In this document: one piece after another, positions 51,714 through 64,000 of the stretch | Layout of the letters: each line of letters begins with the position of its first letter | Position numbering within the stretch: position 1 is the first letter of the stretch | Source of the DNA: Lytechinus pictus | Lineage: Eukaryota | Direction: 5' to 3' | Assembly (NCBI RefSeq): GCF_037042905.1 | Contig: NC_087250.1 | Span: 18,538,001 to 18,602,000, forward strand | DNA length: 64,000 bases | Translations under genes and position numbers: made by a program | The notes under the pieces: model-generated | The model's input: the letters and a program-made list of their open reading frames with translations, nothing else | Database searches by the model: none | Told to the model about the DNA's origin: nothing

Positions 51714-52649
51714 TGTAATGAAAGCTGGTTTGAAGATAATTTTGTATATCTAATTTTTCTGAAAAGCCATCAAATGATTTAATGTGTTAAAACTGAAGAA
51801 TTTCATTGGGTCTGAGGGTCAGACTATTTGAGTGAGCACACACACATTTTCTATGTATTTACACTGTGCATGTATAGTATATGTGCTTTGTATGGCTTGT
51901 CTGAGGTATTTTATTAATAGCGCCATCTCTTGGTCAACTGAGGTAATGTGATATTGAAATCAGTTCTGGAGATTCTGTTTGAGAATTTGAATCAAAATAA
52001 ATCTAAAGCATCCTACATGGGATTGCCCTATATAAGAAGATTTCTGGAGGCAAAGAGGTCAGTAGAAACATTGATTTATGTATTTAAGAAATATGAATGT
52101 TATAATGCAAGAAAAGTTTATTCTAACTTGGTTTGATTACATGACAGGCTTAATGCATCAATGTATGTGAAGAAAGATAACAGAAAGTATGTTTGTCAAT
52201 TGTATCTCAAACACCTGATAATGCTATAGTATATTCTAATTGATGTCTAAGAGACAATTATATATTAGTATTAAGTACATGAATTTCACAGGTGTAATTT
52301 ACTGCTGACTGCTGAAGATGTTTGGTTGTATACAATTTAGTGAGAAGCTTTTCAGTGCTAAATATTTCAATGTATCTTGAAACTAGATTGTGATTTACAT
52401 TCAGGTCAAATGATTAATTTATCGTAATGGTCAGAGTCATAAATGATGTAAAGTTTTATTGTTCTTGTACTTATGACTTTCCTATCATTTTGTTTCTACC
52501 AACAGTTTTCACGGAATTTGCTTCATGTCGATATAGAGAAAATGCTAAGAAGAAATGAATGAAGAATTAAAAGGATGACATGAAACTTTATATTCCTGTT
52601 GAGACCTTTGTTTTTATTTTTTGAACGCTCAAACAAGTCTTCAGTTACA
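51714..52649 (+). repeat. LTR 3 (936 bp, shared)
   Basis: As for LTR 2. Confidence 0.96.
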
Positions 52650-52698
52650 GTGAAAACTCTATGCAAAGACTTATCATCATTACATAAAAGGATTCAAG

Positions 52699-55600
52699 AT
52701 GTCCGAGCCTGCTGAATTAATGAAAGTCACAGCTAATGGCGGTGGTGATGCAAGTGTAAGAACAAGGAAGCCGACTGAAAAAGGAATTCAAAATCAGTTG
52801 GATGCGAAGCTTAAAGCCTGGAAGAGTTCTCTCACCAAATGGAGAAGGCTTTCCAATAAACTTAGAGAGCTTCTAGTTGAAGATGAGGTTGAATCTTCGG
52901 TGATAAAGGATGGCCGTGATAACTTGCAAGCAGCCATGGACAATGTCATCTCAGTGCAGGAGAATTTAGCCGAATTATCTTCATCCCTAAATATTAATGA
53001 TAGCAGTGAGGAGAAATTGGATGAAATTGAAGAAGAACATTCCTCCTTGATGAAGGACACTTTAAAGACGCTTCTTGCACTACGAGGCGAAATGTCTTCA
53101 CATAAAGGAACTTCTCACTTGTCCGTCTCGTCAACATCACGAAAGTTGTGCCAGGAGTGGGTAGACGATTCAAGGAAGGTAAATTCTCCAAAGGAAAAGG
53201 ACATTACCACGATGAGAAGGATTGATGAACCAACCGATGATCCTGAAGCAGTGTCACACAAGAATGTGCATACATCAAGCCTTCATAAGAAGAAGTTGCC
53301 CTTGCTAGTAGTTTGACGGAGCTTCTTCGCTTGAACAGACTTCCAATACCTGAGCCTGGAGTTTTCGATGGTAATCCACTGGAATTCACATCATGGAAGC
53401 GAAGTTATGATGCTCTCATTGAACATCGCGGTATTCCAGCTGGAGAGAGATTCTACTTCCTGCTGAAGTATCTTACAGGTGCACCATTGGTGTTGGTGAA
53501 AGGATACTCCTTGCTGGGAGATGACGCCGCATATGTGGAAGCCATGAAGGTGCTACAAGAAAGGTACGGAAATCCCTTTGTTATTTCCAATGCCTTCCGG
53601 GACAAACTCGATGACTGGCCTAAAATCAGCCCCAAGGACTATTTAGGCCTTCGGAGATTCGGAGATTTTCTTCACCAGTGTTGTACAGCAGCCAGATACG
53701 TCCATCACTTACATCATTTGGATGATGAAAGAGAGAACAAAAAATTGATGAGCAAACTGCCTGATTGGCTAATCACGAGATGGTGCAGGAATGTAGTCAA
53801 ATGGCGGCAAGACAGAGGATCCTTTCCTCCCTTTTCTGTCTTCACAGAATTCATCTGCGACGAAGCAGATATCGCTTGTGATCCGATCACTTCTAATCAG
53901 ACATCATCCTTGAAAGAAAGGAGACAGCAGTCTTCTAATGTGAGAACATTATCGACCAGTGTGCAGGGGCAGCAAGCAAATGGAGGGAAAGGAAAATGGA
54001 AACCCCTTTGCACCTACTGTAAGGGAGAACATCATCTTACTACTTGTAAATACTTCATGTCACAGACATTAGCTCACCGAACCAAGTTTGTTTTCGATCA
54101 TGGTCTATGCTTTGGATGTTTAAAGTCCGGTCATCTATCTAAGAATTGTAAGAAGAGGTCATCATGTTCAACATGCAAAAGACGTCACCCCACTGTTCTG
54201 CATGATGAAAACTGGACAGAAAGACAAGAATCTAAGAAAGTTGAAATAAGGAATGAAGCTGAGGAAACTCAAACCACAAGATCTCATGCTTCAACCACGA
54301 CGGACAATCACAGATCTCTAAAGACATCTACTATAGTTCCTGTGTGGCTATCGCATGAATCAGTACCTGGGGAGAGGTTAGTGTACGCTATGCTGGACAC
54401 TCAGTCAGACACTAGCTTCATTTTAGATAAGACTAAGGAAGCAATGGGCATTGAAGGAATTGCAGTCAACTTGCTTCTTTCGACCATGACGCAGGCCAAT
54501 GAGAGAATTTCGAGTGAAAAGATCAGTGGACTTAAGGTTCGAGCATTTGACGGAAGAGAAGAAATTTGTTTGCCCCCCACTTACACTCGGAATATTATGC
54601 CGGCAAATCGAGAACACATACCAACGCCAGACATTGCTAAGGCGCACTCTCATCTTAAAGACATAGCCAAACATTTGATTCCCCTTCAAGATTGCGAGAT
54701 TGGACTTCTCATTGGCTATGATTGTGCAAGGGCTCTCACTCCGCGAGCTGTGTTAAGCTCCCCTGATGATGGTGGACCATTTGGATTACAAACTGATCTT
54801 GGATGGAGTGTTGTCGGTACAATAGAACCCAACTATCATGACAGTGCGCATGATCATATTGGAATCAGTCATCGCGTTATGGTGCACGTTGTTCCAGAAG
54901 AATTGCAAGTAGATGGCCATCCAACCACAGTTACCTTCAGCCATCAATCAAGGATTAAGGAAGAGATCACTCCCTCGCAAGTCATACGTCTTTTAGAAGC
55001 AGACTTTGCACCAGAGAAAAGACAAAGGCCATATTCGAGGAATGACTTGAGATTTCTAGAGATAATGGAGCGTCAAGTTCATGTGTCTGAAAGTGGTCAT
55101 TATGAGATGCCCCTGCCATTTCGTGATGAAAATCCTACTCTTCCAAATAATAGGGTCCTTGCCGAGAAAAGACTCAATCATCTCAAGACAAAGTTTAAGA
55201 AGGATCCTGTGTATCATGAACAATATACAAAACAAATGAATACCCTCTTCAATAGCAACTATGCAAGAGGTCGCATCAGAATCAGGAGAAGTTGGTAAAG
55301 TATGGTACATTCCCCATCATGGAGTGAAACAGCCCAACAAGTTGAGAGTTGTTTTTGACTGCAGCTCGCAGTTTAGAGGAACTTCATTGAATGCTCACTT
55401 GTTAACAGGACCGGATATGACTAATACCCTCACCGGTGTTCTTTGTCGATTCAGGAAAGAAGTCACGGCCTTCATGTGTGACGTGAAGGAAATGTTCCAC
55501 CAATTCCAGGTAAATAAAGAGCATAGAAACTATCTCCGGTTTCTATGTTGGTTAAACGGAGATGTTAGTCGCCGACTTAGTGACTGCCAGATGAACGTTC

Positions 55601-58410
55601 ATCTGTTCGGTGCAGCTTCATCGCCTGGCTGTTCGAACCTTGCATTAAAGCAGATTGCAAAAGACTATGCAGATGAGTTTGGACATGAAGCATCAGATTT
55701 CATACAGAACGACTTCTACGTAGACGATGGGTTGAAATCTGTATCAACCGAAGATGAAGCCATTGATCTCATCATGAGGACGAGAAAGATTTGTGAACGT
55801 GGACGTCTTCACCTGCATAAGATTGTATCCAACTCCAGAAAGGTAATGCAATCTGTTCCAGTTGATGACAGAGGAAAGGACCTCAAGGAATTGAATCTTT
55901 CGCAAGACACCTTGCCTGTGGAAAAGGCTCTCGGAGTCCAATGGTGCATTGCATCAGATAAATTTCAATTCAGGATCAACTTTCAGGATAAACCACTGAC
56001 TCGAAGAGGAATCCTGTCTACAGTCATGTCAGTGTATGATCCTCTGGGACTATTAGCACCCATAATACTTCCTGCAAAGCTGATTCTCCAAGAATTATGT
56101 CGGATTTCTGCTGAATGGGACGACCCCTTATCGGATACACTCAAAGCTAAGTGGGAACAGTGGAAGACCGACATTCTCCAACTTCAGTACATCTCTATCG
56201 ATATATGCTACAAACCAAAAGACTTTGGAGAAATCAGAGATGTGCAACTTCATCACTTCAGTGATGCCAGTAACGCCGGTTATGGGCAGTGTACCTACCT
56301 GAGACTTACAAATCAAGAAGACAAGGTGCACTGTACCCTGGTGATGGGAAAATCCAGGGTCACTCCTATCAAGACGGTAACCGTGCCCCGATTAGAGTTA
56401 ACAGCAGCCCTGTTATCTGTAAAAATTAGTTCCTTTCTGCAAAATGAACTCGATTTTGTAAATGCCAAGCATTTCTTCTGGACTGATAGCAGAGTAGTTT
56501 TAGGCTACATTAAGAATGAAGCAAGACGATATCATGTTTTCGTAGCCAATAGAGTGAGTCAGATCAGAGACGAGTCACTGCCTTCACAGTGGCATCATAT
56601 TGACACCAAAAATAACCCTGCTGATACAGCTTTAAGAGGACTCACTGTCAATCAGATAGAGCAATCAAGATGGTTAACTGGCCCCAAATTCCTATGGGAG
56701 AAGGAAATTCCAGCTATTGAAAGTAAGGATGATGGCGAAATCGTTCCTAATGACCCCGAAGTGAAGCTAACTCAAGCTCATGCTGCTTTCAAGAAGAATG
56801 ATGAGTTTGAGCTGGAACGACTAGACCGCTTTTCCAGTTGGCATCAAACCAGAAGGGCTGTAGCAAATTGTCTCAGACTAAAGTCCTACTTACGAAGACG
56901 ATGTGAACAGAAGCATCAGAGAGCTAACCAGAAGAAAACCGGTATCGAGCCTATGTCTGCTGAATTACTTGCCCAAGCAGAAAAGGAGATAATTAGGCAT
57001 ATACAAAGAAAGGCATTCCATGATGAAATTCAAAGACAGGAAGTTATGAAAAATGCCACTCAGACATCTTCTCGTGAGAGGAGACGTCATTGTAAGACTA
57101 CCAGCCGTCTACACCAACTTGATCCATTTCTAGATAGTGAGAACATCCTGAGAGTAGGAGGTCGCTTGAGAAGGTCTAAAACTTCGTTCACAAACAAACA
57201 TCCCGCCATCCTACCTCAAAATCATGTTACGGACCTGATTGTAGCTCATTGTCACAAAGAAGTTGCTCATCAGGGAAGAGGCATGACTACTAACTGTATC
57301 AGATCCCATGGTTATTGGATTTTGGGTTGCAGTAATCTTGTATCCAAGCTCATCTCTCGATGTGTTACCTGTCGGAAACTACGACGACCAACACAGGTAC
57401 AAAAAATGGCGGATCTACCAAAGGATCGTCTAACCTCTGAACCGCCATTTTCTTACTGCGGTATGGATTGCTTTGGACCATGGATAATCAGAGAAGGCAG
57501 AAAGGAGGTAAAGAAATACGGCCTTCTTTTTACTTGTATGTCGTCGCGTGCAATCCACATAGAAGTACTGAACTCGTTGTCCACTGATGCGTTTATTAAT
57601 GCCCTTCGACGTTTTATCTCTGTTCGTGGTCCTGTTCGTCAATTGAGGTCGGACAGAGGAACAAATTTTGTTGGTGCCGAGAATGAACTCATGAAAGCTT
57701 GGAAGGAGATGAATCATAAGAAAGTTAAACAGCATTTGCTCCGAGAAGGATGCGATTACTTTGCCTTCACCTTCAACTTCCCCTGCTCAAGCCACATGGG
57801 AGGAGCTTGGGAAAGGCAAATACGTACTGTTCGTAGAGTCTTGGAAGCATTGCTGCGTCAAAATAGTCAGCAACTGGACGACGATTCACTGCGAACATTG
57901 CTATGTGAGGCAGCAGCTATTGTGAATAGTCGTCCACTGTCTGTAGAATTCCTGAACGATCCATCTCACCTAGAGCCCATAACTCCAAATCTATTGTTGA
58001 CTCAAAAATCAAGGGTGATACTTCCGCCACCTGGTGTTTTTCCTCGGGAGGACTTGTACGCAAAGAAACGTTGGAGAAGAGTTCAACATCTAGCAAATGA
58101 ATTTTGGTCCCGTTGGAGGAAGGAATTCCTGAGTCAACTTCAATCAAGAAATAAATGGACTGTTCCACAGCGCGACATGAGGGTTGGCGATATCGTGTTA
58201 ATCAAAGAAGAGAATATTCCCAGAAATATGTGGTCTCTGGGGAGAGTTGTTGAAACATATGCTTCTGGTGACACTCATATTCGCAAAGTGAAAATTGCAG
58301 TAGGTAATTCAAAACTGAACAATCAAGGAAAGCGTGTTTCTCCACTGTCTCATCTCGACCGCCCAATTCATAAACTGGTTCTTTTGATCGCGCTAGAAGA
58401 CCAAGTATAA
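52699..58410 (+). CDS. BEL/Pao gag-pol, copy 3; near intact, with two 1-bp indels (~53288, ~55265)
   Basis: 205 + 661 + 1049 aa overlapping ORFs; first and last pieces share a frame, so the span equals 1903 codons plus stop. Confidence 0.9.
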
Positions 58411-59669
58411 ATTCCCAGCCAAAGAGCCTATAGACATTTAATTAGGATTTTATCTTTCATTTAAATATGTTATTAATTGATATTTGTATAAAGCGAACTC
58501 AGAAAATACAGTCAAAACGTGAAACCGAGAGACATTCATATTTGAGAACATATTTACTTTAGACTCTGATTGGACAATGATGCATTTCGAATCTACAGAG
58601 AAGACTGTATGAACATTTATGGTTGAAGAAGGATGAATATTTGACATAAATTTGAATTTCTCTATAAGATCGAGTAACTTATTATTCATTTTAAGGTCTG
58701 AAATTTAGACTAAAAGCTACATGTATCATATTTTATACATGTATTTGAGTCTGAATTCAGACTACATGTTCATGTTCAGTGAGATATATGATCTTGTTCT
58801 TTATACTCGTAATGATCTACATGTATACAAGTACAATACAACAAAATTGTGAATTACTCTTAATCAGGTCTGAATTTTGAGACTAGTTATACTGTGGTGT
58901 GGCATATAATACAAAGTGCTTCCTTTTCAATGACTGATATGTCATGTTAGATTTCATTCCACTTGTAATGTGCATCTAATGAAGGTTCATGTAATGCATG
59001 TATATCGTTTTCAAATGATCGACAAAAGTTTTGTCCACAGGATTGATTTTTTTTTATGCAAGTGAGTTTTATGAATCATATCACCTTTCTGACATAATGA
59101 CGATATAATGATTTAGTGATATCAACAGTTCACCTTTTGGACTATTACAGTTGCTCAAAGAAATCCTCGGATTGCATAAGGTTCTATGATATATAGGTAG
59201 TATAGTGTAAGTAGAAAAATAGAAATAGAAAGAATGTATTGTATCATATCTTTCAACAAGCAGTATTTAATTGACGTGATAAACGGTGTAGTCATCACCT
59301 TTTCAATTACAGAATCTTACAGTTTCGTAGATTCAGGTTTTGATTTGAACAAAATTCTGTCGGCTTGATAAAATGCCGAATTTGGTAGTAATGTTAACTT
59401 TGGGCACCGGATGGTTTAGTCATTTTTCTTGTGCCTTTTTATTCAAAGAAAACATAAAATTTGTATTGATAATAAAAAATAAAAAAAAAAGGGTGAAATT
59501 GTAGTATCAGTGCACAATATTTAACATTTGTTTCTGCTGTAAGATATCTCAAGTCGTTCTTTGCAAGTGTAGCAATAATGAAATGTACATTTATTTTACT
59601 AAAGCTAATAAGGTACAGCTTTCTGTCTGAGCATGTTAGTAAATTAGAAATAATAATTTAAAGGAGCCA

Positions 59670-60605
59670 TGTAATGAAAGCTGGTTTGAAGATAATTTTG
59701 TATATCTAATTTTTCTGAAAAGCCATCAAATGATTTAATGTGTTAAAACTGAAGAATTTCATTGGGTCTGAGGGTCAGACTATTTGAGTGAGCACACACA
59801 CATTTTCTATGTATTTACACTGTGCATGTATAGTATATGTGCTTTGTATGGCTTGTCTGAGGTATTTTATTAATAGCGCCATCTCTTGGTCAACTGAGGT
59901 AATGTGATATTGAAATCAGTTCTGGAGATTCTGTTTGAGAATTTGAATCAAAATAAATCTAAAGTATCCTACATGGAATTGCCCTATATAAGAAGATTTC
60001 TGGAGGCAAAGAGGTCAGTAGAAACATTGATTTATGTATTTAAGAAATATGAATGTTATAATGCAAGAAAAGTTGATTTTAACTTGGTTTGATTACATGA
60101 CAGGCTTAATGCATCAATGTATGTGAAGAAAGATAACAGAAAGTATGTTTGTCAATTGTATCTCAAACACCTGATAATGCTATAGTATATTCTTATTGAT
60201 GTCTAAGAGACAATTATATATTAGTATTAAGTACATGAATTTCACAGGTGTAATTTACTGCTGACTGCTGAAGATGTTTGGTTGTATACAATTTAGTGAG
60301 AAGCTTTTCAGTGCTAAATATTTCAATGTATCTTGAAACTAGATTGTGATTTACATTCAGGTCAAATGATTAATTTATCGTAATGGTCAGAGTCATAAAT
60401 GATGTAAAGTTTTATTGTTCTTGTACTTATGACTTTCCTATCATTTTGTTTCTACCAACAGTTTTCACGGAATTTGCTTCATGTCGATATAGAGAAAATG
60501 CTAAGAAGAAATGAATGAAGAATTAAAAGGATGACATGAAACTTTATATTCCTGTTGAGACCTTTGTTTTTATTTTTTGAACGCTCAAACAAGTTTTCAG
60601 TTACA
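59670..60605 (+). repeat. LTR 4 (936 bp)
   Basis: Ends ttaca, followed by TSD ctatg. Confidence 0.96.
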
Positions 60606-62168
60606 CTATGGCTTCCCTGCCCAGTAGTTCAATGAAATGCAATTTCTTTAAAAAAAGGGGGAAATGATGTTTATTGTAGGCCTACTTTACATGGCCCTGA
60701 GGAGCTGGGGTGCAGCTTTGGATGCTTAACTTCCCGTAAAATTTAATTTCCTTGGGGGCGTTGCGTGTAATATTCGACATACTCATTATTATGTTCATTA
60801 TATTCATTTTTTGTTATTTATTCATTTACTATGCATGTGTTCTGCTTTGATTTATTGTGTTTATGTTTCTTTTTATTCGTGGAGGGCTCCGTTGTAAAAC
60901 AGTTTTTTTAACTGAACGGGACTGCCCTTCACTGTTCTTTTTATCGATTTTTGTTAAATAAAACATGAATAAATAATTAATACTAAGCACCCCAGGCAGT
61001 AGGATTTTTAGGGGGGGGGTTCAAGGTTAAATGCAATGTTGACACCCCCCCCAAAAAGGCCTCCACCACCAATATTGTGGGTCGATTCCTACCTCAAAAG
61101 AGAATTGAGAAGCAAAAAAAGGTCGATCACCACAAATTTTACTTCGTTTTGTACCTAAAAAAAAATCGACAAGCAAACCAATTCTTGTGGGGGGGGGGGG
61201 GGTACCAACAAATTGTGGTTTGAACCCCTGGCACCCCCTGCATACATTACTGCAGCACCCCTAGTAATTCGGATGTGCAAAAATTGAAAAAAGAAAACCA
61301 AACCGTACTTTATTTTGTAGTAAACATTTTTGGGGGGATTTTCATTTTTTCCCAGAACATTTTACATCCCACTGGGCAATTTGTTACCGATTACCAATTT
61401 TACCGGTTATTACCGGTAATATCACCCGGAAATTTGAGTAACACCAAATATTACCGTTATTACCATGCTATTACCGAAATTATAATTCCTGTTGATACCT
61501 GTTACTGTTATCACCCTGATGAAACCGACATTTACCGAGTTACAACAGGGTGACGATGGGTAATAAGGGTAATGTTGAATGACTTTGATTGGTTATAACA
61601 TTGCAAACTTTAGTAATAACAGTAATCTTACAGCAATCCCAGCGAAATTGTCAAAGTCCAAAAAATTACTGTTATCACCCTGATGAAACCAACATTTTAC
61701 CCAGTTACAAACAGGTTGATAAGGGGTAATGGGTAATGTTGAAGCGCTTCCATTCCCAGACAGCAAAGTATCTGGATCACATACGGTTCTTATCTGGGAT
61801 ATCTGGGTCCCATATGGGCCCACATGGAACCCAGATGAAAACATATACTTGAACCCACATGGTGCCCAGATAGGACTCAGATGGAAACGAGACCTCCAAC
61901 CCATGCGGAACCCATTAATATTGGGTAAATGGAGTAATATCAGATGGTAATATCAGGAAAATGCTGGGAATATTAGTTACTCATGAATATTCATTACTAC
62001 AATAAATGGCCAAAATTTTAGCTAATATAGCTGTAATAATTAATGTGTTTATGTTTATGCAATTATTCCACCCAGAAAATTTTCAGAAAAATGTGTAGTT
62101 TATATATCATATTAGTCATAATCATGACATTTCTCAACAAGTCCATCCCAGAAAATTGTGGATTTGAA

Positions 62169-63092
62169 TCAGAAGTTTTGAACAAACAATCTATGTGATG
62201 CTTTGAGTCCATTCCAATATTGCATGTAGCACTTATATATGTTTTGCACTGTCTAGCAATTCCCCGATCCAACAATGCAAGATGGTCTATTCAAACTAGG
62301 CTCATCAAAATCACAACCTAAAAGGACAAGTTCACCCCAACAAAAAGTTGATTTGGTAAAAAGGAGAAAATCGAACAAGCATAACACTGAAAATTTCATC
62401 GAAATCGGATGTAAAATGAGAAAGTTATGACATTTTAAAGTTTCGGTTATTTTTCACAAAACAGTAATAGTGAATGCACCACTCAGCGATATGCAAATGA
62501 GAAAGTCAATGATGTTCCTCACTCACTATTTCTTTTGTTTCTTATTGTTTGAATTTTTACAGATCTGACAATAAGGACCAACTTAACTAAACCATAAACT
62601 TAAAATTATGGTAATTCCTCATGTTCAGGAGAAATAAAACTTTTTTCACTTGACAAGGAGAAGAAAATTAGAACATTTCATATTTCATACAATAAAATAC
62701 AAAATAAACAGTGAGTGGGTGATGTCATCAGTCTGCCAATTTGCATACTGACCAGGATGTGCATATCACTGTTTTGTGAAATTAAGCGAAACCTTAAAAT
62801 GTCATAACTTTCTTATTTTACATCCGACTTTGATGACATTTTCAGTGTTATGCTTGTTAGATTTTTCTCCTTTTTTCCAAATCAACTTTTTGTTGGGGTG
62901 AACTTGTCCTTTTAGGTTGTGGTTTTGATGAGCCTGGTTTTAATAGACTATCTTGCATTGTTGGATCGGGGAATTGCTAGTTATAGTCTGTATGACCAAA
63001 GAGAGCTAGTATGCTAGACAGTGCAAAACATATACATGCAATATTGGAATGGACTGAAAGCATCACATAGATTGTTTGTTCAAAACTGCTGA
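62169..63092. repeat. Extended inverted repeat including ~150 bp of MITE flank
   Basis: 62169-62322 is the reverse complement of 62911-63092 apart from small indels. Confidence 0.9.
62323..62910. mobile_element. Kolobok-type palindromic MITE (family of 2404-3005)
   Basis: aggacaagttcaccccaacaaaaagttgatt / aatcaactttttgttggggtgaacttgtcct. Confidence 0.88.
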
Positions 63093-64000
63093 AGCGAAAT
63101 CAATGATTTTTTTTATACAGAAGTTAATACATAAAATGATCTCCCTATTTCCGCAAAAAGTTGATTAATTGAGAGTAACACAGCTTTATTAAAAGTCATC
63201 TGCTCTGAATAAACAAATCGGCCTAAAGCAAACAAACAAATATATGAATAAATAAATAATAAATAACTAATAAATATCTAATTTCAGAATAAAATCAGTC
63301 GTATATCAGAGTTACATTGTTTGGGACGCGCTATATGAGTTGAAAAACTATAGAGGGAAAATTACGCAGGAGTGAGAAAACGAGTATAAGAACAAAACAT
63401 TCCTGCCTTATATTAAGAAACGTTTCTCTATAAGTTACGTTATATTAAAAACATCTCTTTTTATAGTGTTCGTGTCTACAAAAGGAGTGCCTCCTTATCA
63501 AAATGAATTTCTTGTTCGTCATAAAAAGCAATCTGTTCATTTAATTTTTTTCGTTCCCAAATACCGTTCATGCAAGATAAGATCATTTTGGAGCAGTCCA
63601 TTTCCAAGTTTGCAATTTATTATCTTCTTTTTATAACTGCCGGACAGATATTCTCGATTGAAATTCTGATATCACTATTTGACTTTCCCAGAAAATACCC
63701 AAGACAAATATATTAACACTTTAATTTATCGGCTTGACCTGATTTTTTTATTATCATCCTTGCAAAATGTAGTTAGTCTGTACTCTGTAGATAGCAATAG
63801 CTTATCTTGCATAATGTGTATATTTATAGGAAATTGTTTGTTCAGCCAAAATAACATATAAGAAATTAACACTAAGTGCATAGCTTTGCAACTACCAATG
63901 CAAATATTTGTTCAGCCCAGGTAAGTATACTTAATTATATATATTTTATTATCGCAATTATGTACTGAATCAAAATACCTGTATATACCACGTGGGCAGT

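Larger units (their letters stand above)
35591..60605 (+). mobile_element. Tandem trimer of a BEL/Pao LTR retrotransposon with shared LTRs
   Basis: Four LTRs TGTAA...TTACA, three gag-PR-RT-RH-IN internal domains, one TSD CTATG (35586-35590, 60606-60610). Confidence 0.97.

Noticed and set aside
53280-55300. Programmed ribosomal frameshifts in copy 3
   Set aside because: Copies 1 and 2 read through both positions in frame, so these are indels

Overview
AT-rich animal genomic DNA; the repeat landscape suggests an invertebrate deuterostome such as a sea urchin (inference). The left third holds a minus-strand, multi-exon nucleoporin Nup62 gene. I could splice 14 coding exons in frame from ATG 21077 down to 1176; the last exon lies before the window and the non-coding first exon is probably at ~28.6 or ~29.6 kb. 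An internal tandem duplication (11137-16999) copies one FG exon and part of another. Introns and the 21-35 kb region are full of nested non-autonomous DNA transposons (Kolobok-, piggyBac-, hAT-, Harbinger-, Tc1-, Helentron-type and a probable Academ remnant), two carrying tandem arrays (154 bp and 110 bp units). 35591-60605 is a head-to-tail trimer of one BEL/Pao LTR retrotransposon (4 shared LTRs, 3 internal domains) inside a single 5-bp TSD (CTATG). The most novel-looking signal is that this element lacks a tRNA-type PBS: the bases right after the LTR (GTGAAAACT) are the exact complement of AGTTTTCAC inside the LTR. This resembles Tf1-type self-priming, and a possible splice would extend the pairing. 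All coordinates were read by eye; no searches were run.
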